A stretch of 24,504 nucleotides of DNA from a virus (Duplodnaviria; Caudoviricetes). The position numbers and the translations under genes were made by a program. The DNA lies in the IMG/VR virus record IMGVR_UViG_3300032272_000071, positions 1-24,504 of that record; one strand, 5' to 3'. Positions 7,237 to 15,177 of the stretch are shown here, in pieces. The notes beneath the pieces are model-generated. The model saw only the letters and a list, made by a program, of their open reading frames with translations, had not been told where the DNA came from and did not search any database. The stretch's first letter is position 1. Each line of letters begins with the position of its first letter.

Positions 7237-7940
7237 TATGGAAAAGATTAAACTTTTCTTGTGAATCCGTGCTTTTATTGAAGCTTCAGGGGGCGGCCCC
7301 TGTCGTCAGTCACTCGTTTTAGATGGTTATCCAGGTAGTAAAGAGTGTTACCCGCACTTAGTCTCTATCCCGTCTATTACACGCCTTGTCAGTTGATAAG
7401 TTTAAAAAGCTTATTGATTGGCTGGTTAACCGAAACTGTTATCGAGTAGACTCAACTGTCTAATGGTCGGCAGTGAGTTAATGTTATATCTTTGATAGAA
7501 GCACCTAGAATGGAACAGACTTAACTTTGGCGACTCTTTTGAGGTATCGGAATTTAGGCCCCGGTACTAGTGCCTCCGGTCGCAGCAGGAGTTGATAAAC
7601 AAGAACCCTAGCCTCAGATAACCATGTTGGCTCATGGATAAATTAGGGTTAAGCTATCTAGTGCTTGTTAAGCATTTGCTGGCTACAACGATAATTCAAA
7701 GTTAGGCATAAGGTAGATAGTTAACGATACGTAGGCAACTTGCTTTGAGAAGGCAAGCAGTCTTGTAGGCATTGACTAGGCATAAGTACCCTTACCCCTT
7801 TGTGGGGGACGGGTACATAGTTACGTGATTAGGCTATAGACCTTGCACACGTAACATAATGATTATGCTGGAACGAGAGTCGCCCAAAATACTCTCCTTC
7901 CTTTACCTTATCTAGGTTAACGGAGGCACTCTTATGCCTA
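7237..7940 (+). ncRNA. Candidate large structured non-coding RNA (~700 nt), class unassigned
   Basis: No ORF of 60 aa or more; GC-richer island between AT-rich flanks; dedicated promoter; more than 12 helices, several with G-U pairs valid only on the + strand; long-range stems; ends approximate. Confidence 0.8.
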
Positions 7941-8043
7941 TAATAAAGTAATATTAAAAATATTTATATAAATAATAATATAAAATAATATATAATAATA
8001 TAAAATATATAATAATATTAATATAATATATTATATAACATAT

Positions 8044-8074
8044 ATAAAATCTATGTTTAAGACATAGATTTTAT
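8044..8074. other. Perfect 13-bp inverted repeat (weak terminator or operator)
   Basis: ATAAAATCTATGT-TTAAG-ACATAGATTTTAT. Confidence 0.6.
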
Positions 8075-8169
8075 TAACATAATATAACATAATGTAACAT
8101 TAGATAATTTAATGAATGATCCATTAAAAGATAACCACGATAAGTTTAAAAAAAAGATACAGTCTAAAC

Positions 8170-8198
8170 TTGACAAATGCTCTAGTAGATACTATACT
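8170..8198 (+). promoter_or_regulatory. sigma70-type promoter for the rightward packaging/structural block
   Basis: TTGACA-17 bp-TATACT, A-tract upstream. Confidence 0.8.
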
Positions 8199-8318
8199 AA
8201 ACAATATCCAAGCCCTAGGGTTTGCTATACGAGGAAAAAGCCTGTGAGGGAAGGATACACGGATGCTTTCATTAAGTTGTTAAACCAAACTAAGTCTAAA
8301 TAAAAGGTATGATAGAGT

Positions 8319-8555
8319 ATGAGTAAAGAACACGATAAAGAATATGGATTTCAGTTGATTGCTGAATATCGAGATAATGATGAGGAATTTGCTTATAGAC
8401 TTACCGGTAAACTACCTAAAAGTGGCAGCGCGCTAATGTTCCCGTATAGAGGATTATCGGAAGTTCAAGTGGTTAAGATGGAATACTTAATAAAGGAAAT
8501 GATGGATTCCTTATTCGCTTGTAGTAAAAAAGAGTTGGATGAATCTTCAAGTTAA
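8319..8555 (+). CDS. Hypothetical protein, 78 aa
   Basis: AAGGT upstream; first of a run of tightly packed + strand ORFs. Confidence 0.7.
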   Translation: MSKEHDKEYGFQLIAEYRDNDEEFAYRLTGKLPKSGSALMFPYRGLSEVQVVKMEYLIKEMMDSLFACSKKELDESSS

Positions 8556-8763
8556 TATAATAACCGATGAAAAAGATGTAATCTGTATTAATCTTACTGA
8601 AGAGCAAGAGAAACAAATATTGAGTGTGTTATTTAACAAAAAGCCGGATAAAGTAATTCCTATACCTTACCCATATTATAATCCTTGTTATCCTAAGCCT
8701 CCTTTATGTGACCCACTCATTACAACACAAAAAACATATTGTATGGATAATACAATTACTTAA
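8539..8763 (+). CDS. Hypothetical protein, 74 aa, Pro/Tyr-rich tail
   Basis: Overlaps the previous ORF, co-oriented. Confidence 0.65.
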   Translation: MNLQVNIITDEKDVICINLTEEQEKQILSVLFNKKPDKVIPIPYPYYNPCYPKPPLCDPLITTQKTYCMDNTIT

Positions 8764-8776
8764 CTATTCATAACTA

Positions 8777-8977
8777 ATGAACAGAGTTAATATAGACTAT
8801 TACGTTTTACAACGTTTAAACGATTTCTTATTCCATGGTTATTTATCCAATAACAGAATAGATGTAAAGAAACCAATAAAAGTGTTTAAAGATACAGGAA
8901 GAGGTAGATTGATAGTGTTTCAAGATAGAAAGTATCAATTACCAAAACAACGTGAGGTGCTGGATTATGGGTCTTGA
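8777..8977 (+). CDS. Hypothetical protein, 66 aa
   Basis: Operon packing; no clear RBS. Confidence 0.55.
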   Translation: MNRVNIDYYVLQRLNDFLFHGYLSNNRIDVKKPIKVFKDTGRGRLIVFQDRKYQLPKQREVLDYGS

Positions 8978-9101
8978 TTTTATCTATGAAGGAAATATAT
9001 TAGCCACTGGGATAGCTACTGCTTATTTAATAGCATTATTGTATTTACTTACCCAAACAAAGAAATATTACACTAGGTCAATGAAGGATACATTTGACTA
9101 A
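8967..9101 (+). CDS. Small membrane protein, 44 aa (not in ORF track)
   Basis: GAGGTG RBS 7 nt before ATG; MGLDFIYEGNILATGIATAYLIALLYLLTQTKKYYTRSMKDTFD with one hydrophobic segment followed by basic residues. Confidence 0.65.
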   Translation: MGLDFIYEGNILATGIATAYLIALLYLLTQTKKYYTRSMKDTFD

Positions 9102-9375
9102 AATCATGAATTATCCACTTAGGTCAATGCCGGAACATCGCAGAGGATGGTTTACTTTGGACAGGGAATTAGGTATATTCACTATTATGAATGTTCTTAC
9201 TGAGATAGAATTTATTCCTATTGAGGTAACTCATGGTGTGAAACAAACTCGATACGAAGGATATTCTACTAAGTTTGATGTGATTGATGAAGAGGAACTA
9301 ACTCCTGAATACAGTGTTAAAGTACAAGTTATTCCTAATAATGTTATTGTATACACAGAACGAGTTACAGACTAA
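9094..9375 (+). CDS. Hypothetical protein, 93 aa
   Basis: TTG start 5 nt after AAGGA; alternative ATG at 9106. Confidence 0.75.
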   Translation: MTKIMNYPLRSMPEHRRGWFTLDRELGIFTIMNVLTEIEFIPIEVTHGVKQTRYEGYSTKFDVIDEEELTPEYSVKVQVIPNNVIVYTERVTD

Positions 9376-9394
9376 TAATCAATTTTAAAACAAA

Positions 9395-9655
9395 ATGCCT
9401 AAATACAGTTCAGCTAAAAGTAAATATGATACGGAATATGGCTCTACGAGGAAAGAGAAGCGCAGACGTGCTATAAGAAATAAAGCTAGACGAAGAGCAA
9501 TAGCCAAGGGAGTGGACTTGGAGGGCAAGGACATGGGCCATCGTAGTCGAAGTCTAAAGGGCGGTGTACGTCCTCAGAGTATTTCCAGTAACCGTAGTCA
9601 TGGTGGCAAAGTTGGTAATAAAGCAGGGAAAGCTCGTGGTGGTCGTAAATCGTAA
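9395..9655 (+). CDS. Small basic HNH-like protein (degenerate)
   Basis: RAIRNKARR..GKDMGH..LKGG..SNRS pattern of small phage HNH proteins; sits directly before terS. Confidence 0.6.
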   Translation: MPKYSSAKSKYDTEYGSTRKEKRRRAIRNKARRRAIAKGVDLEGKDMGHRSRSLKGGVRPQSISSNRSHGGKVGNKAGKARGGRKS

Positions 9656-9666
9656 AATATTAAGAA

Positions 9667-10125
9667 ATGCCTACTACACCAAGAAAATCAATATCCGTAG
9701 ATTTAACTACGGAACAAGAAACATTATTTGTTCGGGAATATCTTAGAACCAAGAATGCTACTGAAGCTGTTAAAAAGGCAGGATATAAGACTACTAATTA
9801 TACTAATAAAGGTGTCAGGTTACTTAAAAAGAATAGTGTAAAGGAACTTATTAGAAAGGAACTTGCTAAGAATCGCAAGGTGTCTGTGTTAGATCCGGAG
9901 GATGTTATTAATGGTTTGTGGTTGGAAACTCAGAATGAAAAAACTTCTTCCAGGGACAAGATTACAGCTTGGGTGAAGATAGGTGAGTTTATTGGAATGA
10001 CCCCGGATCCATCCGCCAAGAAAAAGGAACGTGCTGACGTTAGTGTTAATATCGTTAATTACGGTGATAAGAAAGTTGATCAACCAAAAGTAATAGATAT
10101 TACTTCCAATAAATTAACTAAATAA
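9667..10125 (+). CDS. terS: Terminase small subunit
   Basis: LTTEQETLFVREYL..NATEAVKKAGY..GVRLLK HTH of the Terminase_2 type; precedes terL. Confidence 0.9.
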   Translation: MPTTPRKSISVDLTTEQETLFVREYLRTKNATEAVKKAGYKTTNYTNKGVRLLKKNSVKELIRKELAKNRKVSVLDPEDVINGLWLETQNEKTSSRDKITAWVKIGEFIGMTPDPSAKKKERADVSVNIVNYGDKKVDQPKVIDITSNKLTK

Positions 10126-10134
10126 TAATTTTAT

Positions 10135-11481
10135 ATGATCCAACTTCCATATAAGTTTAAACCTTATCCTCACCAGTTAAAATTGCTAAGAGCTATGGAC
10201 AGCGGTACTAAACGTGCATGTGTGGTATGGTCTCGAAGGATGGGAAAGGACAAGACTTTATGGAATTTGGTTATTAAAAAGACTCAAGAAAGAGTTGGTA
10301 TGTATTTATATTTTGTCCCTGAATACAAACAAGGACGACGTATTATTTGGGATGCTATCGATAATGATGGATTACGATTCTTAGACCACGTTCCATCTGA
10401 AATAGTATATAGTATGAATAGTCAGGAAATGAAAATTACTTTTAAAAATGGATCTATATTACAGATTGTAGGTACGGATGATTTCGATAAGATACGTGGA
10501 TCTAATCCAGTAGGTTGTGTGTATTCAGAGTATGCTTATCAGAATCCGGCAGCATGGGAAGTGGTTAAACCTATTTTAAGACTGAACGATGGATGGGCCG
10601 TCTTCCAGTCTACATGCAACGGAAAAAATCACTTTTGGCAAATGTATGAAAAAGCCAAGGAATTAAAATATTGGTTTACTGATAATGTGGATGTAACTCA
10701 GGCAACGGATTGGAATGGGAATCTACTGTTATCTGAGGAAAAGATCAATGAGGAACGGTTGGAAGGGATGCCAGAGGAAATGATTCAACAAGAATATTAT
10801 AATAATCCCAATGCAAACACAATAGCATATTATTACTTGGAGCAACTTACCTTAGCAGAAAAAGAAGGACGATTAGTCGAATTACCCTATATTAATAGTA
10901 TACCTGTAGATACGTGGTGGGATATTGGCATATCGGATGCAACGGCGATCTGGTTCTCCCAACGGCTTGGTAAAGATATTAATCTAATAGATTATTATGA
11001 ACATAAAGGTTCGGGACTAGATTATTATATAAGATTATTACAAGAAAAACCATATATTTATGGACAACATAATGCACCTCATGATATAAAAGTACGTGAG
11101 TGGACCTCAGGCAAATCAAGGGTGGATATAGCTGCCGATTTAGGAATTAATTTTGAGATACTTCCTAAAATAGATTTTCAGGATGGTATAAATGCTACAA
11201 GAATGTTATTTCCTTATTTCCATATAGATCCGGTAAAATGTAAATTAGGTATTGATGCTTTACTTGACTATAAGAAAAAACCTATTGATGAATTTAGACA
11301 ATTATACGATCCGTTTCCTATAAAGAATTGGGCAGTACATGGAGCGGACGCTTTACGAATGATTGGCATTGGATTGAATATGCCGGCAGAATTAAAAAAA
11401 GATAGAAAGATAAAAGGATTTGACCGATACAAAAGAGCTAGAAAATTACGTAGAACTGCAAAATCCTGGAAAACAGCATAA
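10135..11481 (+). CDS. terL: Terminase large subunit
   Basis: Walker A SRRMGKD, Walker B CVYSEY, ST coupling motif, nuclease WDIG and HGADALR. Confidence 0.96.
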   Translation: MIQLPYKFKPYPHQLKLLRAMDSGTKRACVVWSRRMGKDKTLWNLVIKKTQERVGMYLYFVPEYKQGRRIIWDAIDNDGLRFLDHVPSEIVYSMNSQEMKITFKNGSILQIVGTDDFDKIRGSNPVGCVYSEYAYQNPAAWEVVKPILRLNDGWAVFQSTCNGKNHFWQMYEKAKELKYWFTDNVDVTQATDWNGNLLLSEEKINEERLEGMPEEMIQQEYYNNPNANTIAYYYLEQLTLAEKEGRLVELPYINSIPVDTWWDIGISDATAIWFSQRLGKDINLIDYYEHKGSGLDYYIRLLQEKPYIYGQHNAPHDIKVREWTSGKSRVDIAADLGINFEILPKIDFQDGINATRMLFPYFHIDPVKCKLGIDALLDYKKKPIDEFRQLYDPFPIKNWAVHGADALRMIGIGLNMPAELKKDRKIKGFDRYKRARKLRRTAKSWKTA

Positions 11482-13523
11482 TGGCAAAAAGTGAATTAAT
11501 GATCGCGGATGAGGAATGGCAAAGGTATACAACTGCCTTACATAATGCTGGTCATATCCGCTATCAGGAAGCGGCAAAGTATGCTGAATCTATGTATCTG
11601 GGTGCCGGGCGGCAGTGGACGGATGAAGAAAAGGATGCTCTTGGTGATAGGCCTTGGTTGGAAGTTAATCGTATTTTAGGTATCGTAAATAAAGTTTTAG
11701 GTTATCACGCTAAATCAGAAATCAGTATAGGATTTACTGGACGTGAAATTGAAGATGACGATGTATCAGAAGTATTAAGCAAAGTTGCTAGTTACGTTTT
11801 AGATAAACAAATATTCAAAGATAAAGAAGGCGAGGTATTCGCTGACGGATTAATTCAACGTAGAGGATATTTTGATATACGTATAGAGTTTGATGATAAT
11901 ATGTTTGGTAATATCAAAATAACTACGGAAGATCCATTGGATATTATCCCTGATCCTGATTCGCAATCATATGATCCGGAAGATTGGAAATTTTTTATTA
12001 AATCACGATGGCTAACGCTAGACGAAATAGAACAGAATTACGGACGAAGTAAGATGCTTCGTGTTAGGAGAATGTCTCCTACTGATGAGGGCAATTTCGG
12101 CCAAACCGATGGAGAAGCAGAAAGAAATAGTTTTAACGAGGACGAAGAGGAAGGCGGAAGTTATGTACGTTCTTATCATACTACTTCCAACGGAGAGATA
12201 AGAGCAAGAGTAATAGAACGACAGTATAAAATTAATACTAAACGTAAGTTTTTTATAGATTCCGCTACAGGAGATATGGAACCGGTTCCTGATGAACTAG
12301 AGGATAAAGATGCAAGACGTTACGCTAATGATACAGGAAAAGATATTATAACTAGGACCGTACCTAGGGTACGTTGGAGAGTCTGTACCAACAATACTGT
12401 TTTGTTTGACGATTGGAGTCCTTACGATTTTTATACATTAGTAGCTTATTTTCCTTTTTTCCGTAGAGGCAAGACTATAGGTTTAGTTGATAATCTTATT
12501 AGTCCACAAGAGTTTTTTAATAAACTATTGTCTACTGAGTTGCATATTTCCGGGTCTGCCGCTAATTCTGGGTGGCAGGTTGAAGAAGGACAATTGGTTA
12601 ATATGGATACCGAGGATTTAGAGGACGTAGGTTCTCAAAACGGACTTATTATTGAACGTAAACGTGGCTCGCCGCCGGCAGAAAAAATTAAACCTAATGA
12701 TGTTCCTGCCGGTATCGATAGACTTACACAATCCGGACCTGAGTTTATAGAAATAGTTGCAGGTGTACGTGATTTAGAACAATCACAAATTAATTCCGAT
12801 AAAGCTTTAACACAAGTAATAGAGGAAACTGCTCTTCCATTAGCTCCCTTGGTACAAAACTTAGCACGAACAAGAAAATCCTTTTCAGAAAAATTATTAC
12901 GGTTAATACAAACTTATTATACTGAACCACGTATTTTAATGATAACCAGTATAAATAAAAAGACTGGACAAAGCGAGCAACAAGAGTTACCAATAAATAT
13001 TGAAGACGATGATGGAAATATTTATAATAATTTATCCACCGGAAAATATGATGTAGTAATTACCGAGGTTCCAACGGGAACAGGTTATAGGGAAGCTCAA
13101 TTTAATCAAGCCGAGCGCCTAATTAAAGCTGGTGTACCGATACCTAATACATATGTTATTAAAAATTCTATATTAGACGACAAACAATCTATTATTGAGG
13201 CAATGCCTGAGACTCCTAGTCCAGAGGAACAACAACTACAACAGCAACAGACCGCATTAGCTTTATCCGAACAGCAAGAAAAGATAAATAAACTTACTGC
13301 CGATACGGCAAATCGTAACATAGAAACAATGCGAAAGGCGGTGGAAATAGGTAAGATGTTAAAAGAATCTCCTGATTTAGCCTTGTTCGTAGATAATATA
13401 CTAAAAGGCTCAGGGTATGATCCTAATGTAACTATGCCGGAAGAAACAAAACCAAAGAATCAGCAGCAACCAGTACAACTAGAACAACAACTACAACAAC
13501 AGACTGAATTAGGATTACAATAA
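11481..13523 (+). CDS. Portal protein, P22-like
   Basis: 680 aa after terL; GRQW..RPWLEVNRI, GLVDNLISPQEFFNK, GKYDVVI motifs; Q-rich C-terminal coiled coil. Confidence 0.92.
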   Translation: MAKSELMIADEEWQRYTTALHNAGHIRYQEAAKYAESMYLGAGRQWTDEEKDALGDRPWLEVNRILGIVNKVLGYHAKSEISIGFTGREIEDDDVSEVLSKVASYVLDKQIFKDKEGEVFADGLIQRRGYFDIRIEFDDNMFGNIKITTEDPLDIIPDPDSQSYDPEDWKFFIKSRWLTLDEIEQNYGRSKMLRVRRMSPTDEGNFGQTDGEAERNSFNEDEEEGGSYVRSYHTTSNGEIRARVIERQYKINTKRKFFIDSATGDMEPVPDELEDKDARRYANDTGKDIITRTVPRVRWRVCTNNTVLFDDWSPYDFYTLVAYFPFFRRGKTIGLVDNLISPQEFFNKLLSTELHISGSAANSGWQVEEGQLVNMDTEDLEDVGSQNGLIIERKRGSPPAEKIKPNDVPAGIDRLTQSGPEFIEIVAGVRDLEQSQINSDKALTQVIEETALPLAPLVQNLARTRKSFSEKLLRLIQTYYTEPRILMITSINKKTGQSEQQELPINIEDDDGNIYNNLSTGKYDVVITEVPTGTGYREAQFNQAERLIKAGVPIPNTYVIKNSILDDKQSIIEAMPETPSPEEQQLQQQQTALALSEQQEKINKLTADTANRNIETMRKAVEIGKMLKESPDLALFVDNILKGSGYDPNVTMPEETKPKNQQQPVQLEQQLQQQTELGLQ

Positions 13524-14185
13524 TGGCAACATACACAGAATTACCAACTACTAACAGCCATGTTGATTTGCCTGTTTTTGCTGGTAATGTTATGGCAGAT
13601 GCCACTTACCGACAGAGTATTGCGGTAGATAATACTACTGATTCTGTTGTTTCTGAGTTTAGTCCAGATATTATTGAAAATAAAGTTATAGGTTTATCTA
13701 ATTCTACACAATTTATTTCAAAAATAGACTTGACATTAATTCAAAACTATGATATAATACCTACTATTACTTATAATACAAATCTTGATATATCTTTCTC
13801 ACAAATAGATATTATATCAAATTCAGGTGGATTGTTATTTGAAGTAGATATAGTTAATACTTTAACGCAGGCGACTGTCTTTGGTAGAGTACATGTTGTA
13901 AATACGGATGTGGCTCTTTCTATTATAGAAGGAGAATCTGTTTCGGCAAAATCCAATTATGAAGTTGATATTCCTTTGTCGAGTACTTTAGCTTTAAACT
14001 ATATAGTATCGACTATTCATGGATTAGGATTAACTTTAGAATCAATAGATTCACTTGTTATTGGGGCTGCTAAAATATCAGGATTATTCACATTAAGTGA
14101 TTGTAGAAAAATAAATGTAGTGTACGAAAATAGAACAATAACTGTACAGTATGAAAACAGAACAATTCAAGTAAGGTGTAACTAA
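13523..14185 (+). CDS. Putative virion protein, 220 aa, beta-rich
   Basis: TAATG coupling to portal; C-terminal YENRTI repeat x2. Confidence 0.75.
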   Translation: MATYTELPTTNSHVDLPVFAGNVMADATYRQSIAVDNTTDSVVSEFSPDIIENKVIGLSNSTQFISKIDLTLIQNYDIIPTITYNTNLDISFSQIDIISNSGGLLFEVDIVNTLTQATVFGRVHVVNTDVALSIIEGESVSAKSNYEVDIPLSSTLALNYIVSTIHGLGLTLESIDSLVIGAAKISGLFTLSDCRKINVVYENRTITVQYENRTIQVRCN

Positions 14186-14187
14186 AA

Positions 14188-14301
14188 ATGTCATTAGGAT
14201 TAAAAGAAGCAACTGCTAAGTCGAATACTCAAGTTGATGAGTCTGTAGACTTTGGAGATATACTTAATGTTACTACAATCTTTACTGTCGCTACTGTATA
14301 A
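14188..14301 (+). CDS. Small ORF, 37 aa, possibly a gene remnant (not in ORF track)
   Basis: Exactly fills the gap; AAGGTG upstream; TAATG overlap with the next gene. Confidence 0.45.
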   Translation: MSLGLKEATAKSNTQVDESVDFGDILNVTTIFTVATV

Positions 14302-14606
14302 TGGCATACGAAATTGAATCTAAATTCATTGATCCCGATGAAGACTTGGATTTTGGCTTCGATTGGGAAGATTGGCTCGCATCGGGAGATTCTGTTTCCA
14401 CTAGTAGTTGGAATGTTACAGAGGGAACGGGGACGGAACTTAGTCTTCACGACGATGCTATTGATACTGCTGTTACTTCTGTTTTTATAGACCCTGATGA
14501 AACTATTGTAGAGGATGGTGATATTTTTACTATTACAAATACAATTGTAACAACTGGTTCAAGAACTGCTGAACGTTCATTTTATTTATCTATTATGGAA
14601 AAATAA
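14301..14606 (+). CDS. Small acidic Ig-like virion protein (fibre/tail adaptor-like)
   Basis: DPDEDLDFGFDWEDWL..GDSVSTSSW..ITNTIVTTGSRTAERSF motif typical of a widespread phage family. Confidence 0.75.
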   Translation: MAYEIESKFIDPDEDLDFGFDWEDWLASGDSVSTSSWNVTEGTGTELSLHDDAIDTAVTSVFIDPDETIVEDGDIFTITNTIVTTGSRTAERSFYLSIMEK

Positions 14607-14609
14607 ATT

Positions 14610-15083
14610 ATGAAATATTTTATAGATACTGAATTTTATAATAATCCACCTAAAAACTTAGAGCTTCTTAGCATAGGCATTCTTTCAGATGATGATAGAG
14701 AGTTTTATGGTGTTATGGCACATGCAGGTTTTATAGCAGAACAAGATGAATGGTTAAAAAAGAATGTATATCCTACTTTAAATATAAATTATTTAAATAC
14801 ATATTATTCATATAAAGATTTAAAAGAGGGCATAGAAAATTTTATTACTGGAGATACTATAGAATTTTGGGGTTGGTTTTGCGGATTTGATTTTACATTA
14901 TTTTCTAGAATATTTGGTGAATTTGAAAATTATCCAAATAATTGGCCTTTTTATTTTAATGATATTGAACAAGAAATTCATAGATTGAATATAAATTTAG
15001 AGATGAAAGATATTAAGTCTAATCATAATGCGTTAGACGATGCTAAGCAGATAGCAAAATTATATTATAATTATATAGGATAA
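14610..15083 (+). CDS. DEDDh 3'-5' exoribonuclease (Rv2179c/RNase AS-like)
   Basis: YFIDTEF, LLSIGI, FWGWFCGFD, HNALDDA motifs. Confidence 0.88.
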   Translation: MKYFIDTEFYNNPPKNLELLSIGILSDDDREFYGVMAHAGFIAEQDEWLKKNVYPTLNINYLNTYYSYKDLKEGIENFITGDTIEFWGWFCGFDFTLFSRIFGEFENYPNNWPFYFNDIEQEIHRLNINLEMKDIKSNHNALDDAKQIAKLYYNYIG

Positions 15084-15177
15084 TAATACAATTATGTATT
15101 AATTCACTATTGTTGTATTCTTCGGTAACAAGTACGATAACTTGGAATTAACGTAATTAAAACGAGAAAATATAACT

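Noticed and set aside
7237-7940. tmRNA, RNase P RNA, group I or group II intron, or tRNA cluster
   Set aside because: No tRNA-like ends/CCA, no GAGGAAAGUCC, no GUGCG start or domain V, no recognisable P7 consensus, and no interrupted host gene; a covariance search is still needed
8112-8303. 63-aa + strand ORF
   Set aside because: No RBS, and it contains the strong promoter at 8170-8198; probably non-coding, though not excluded
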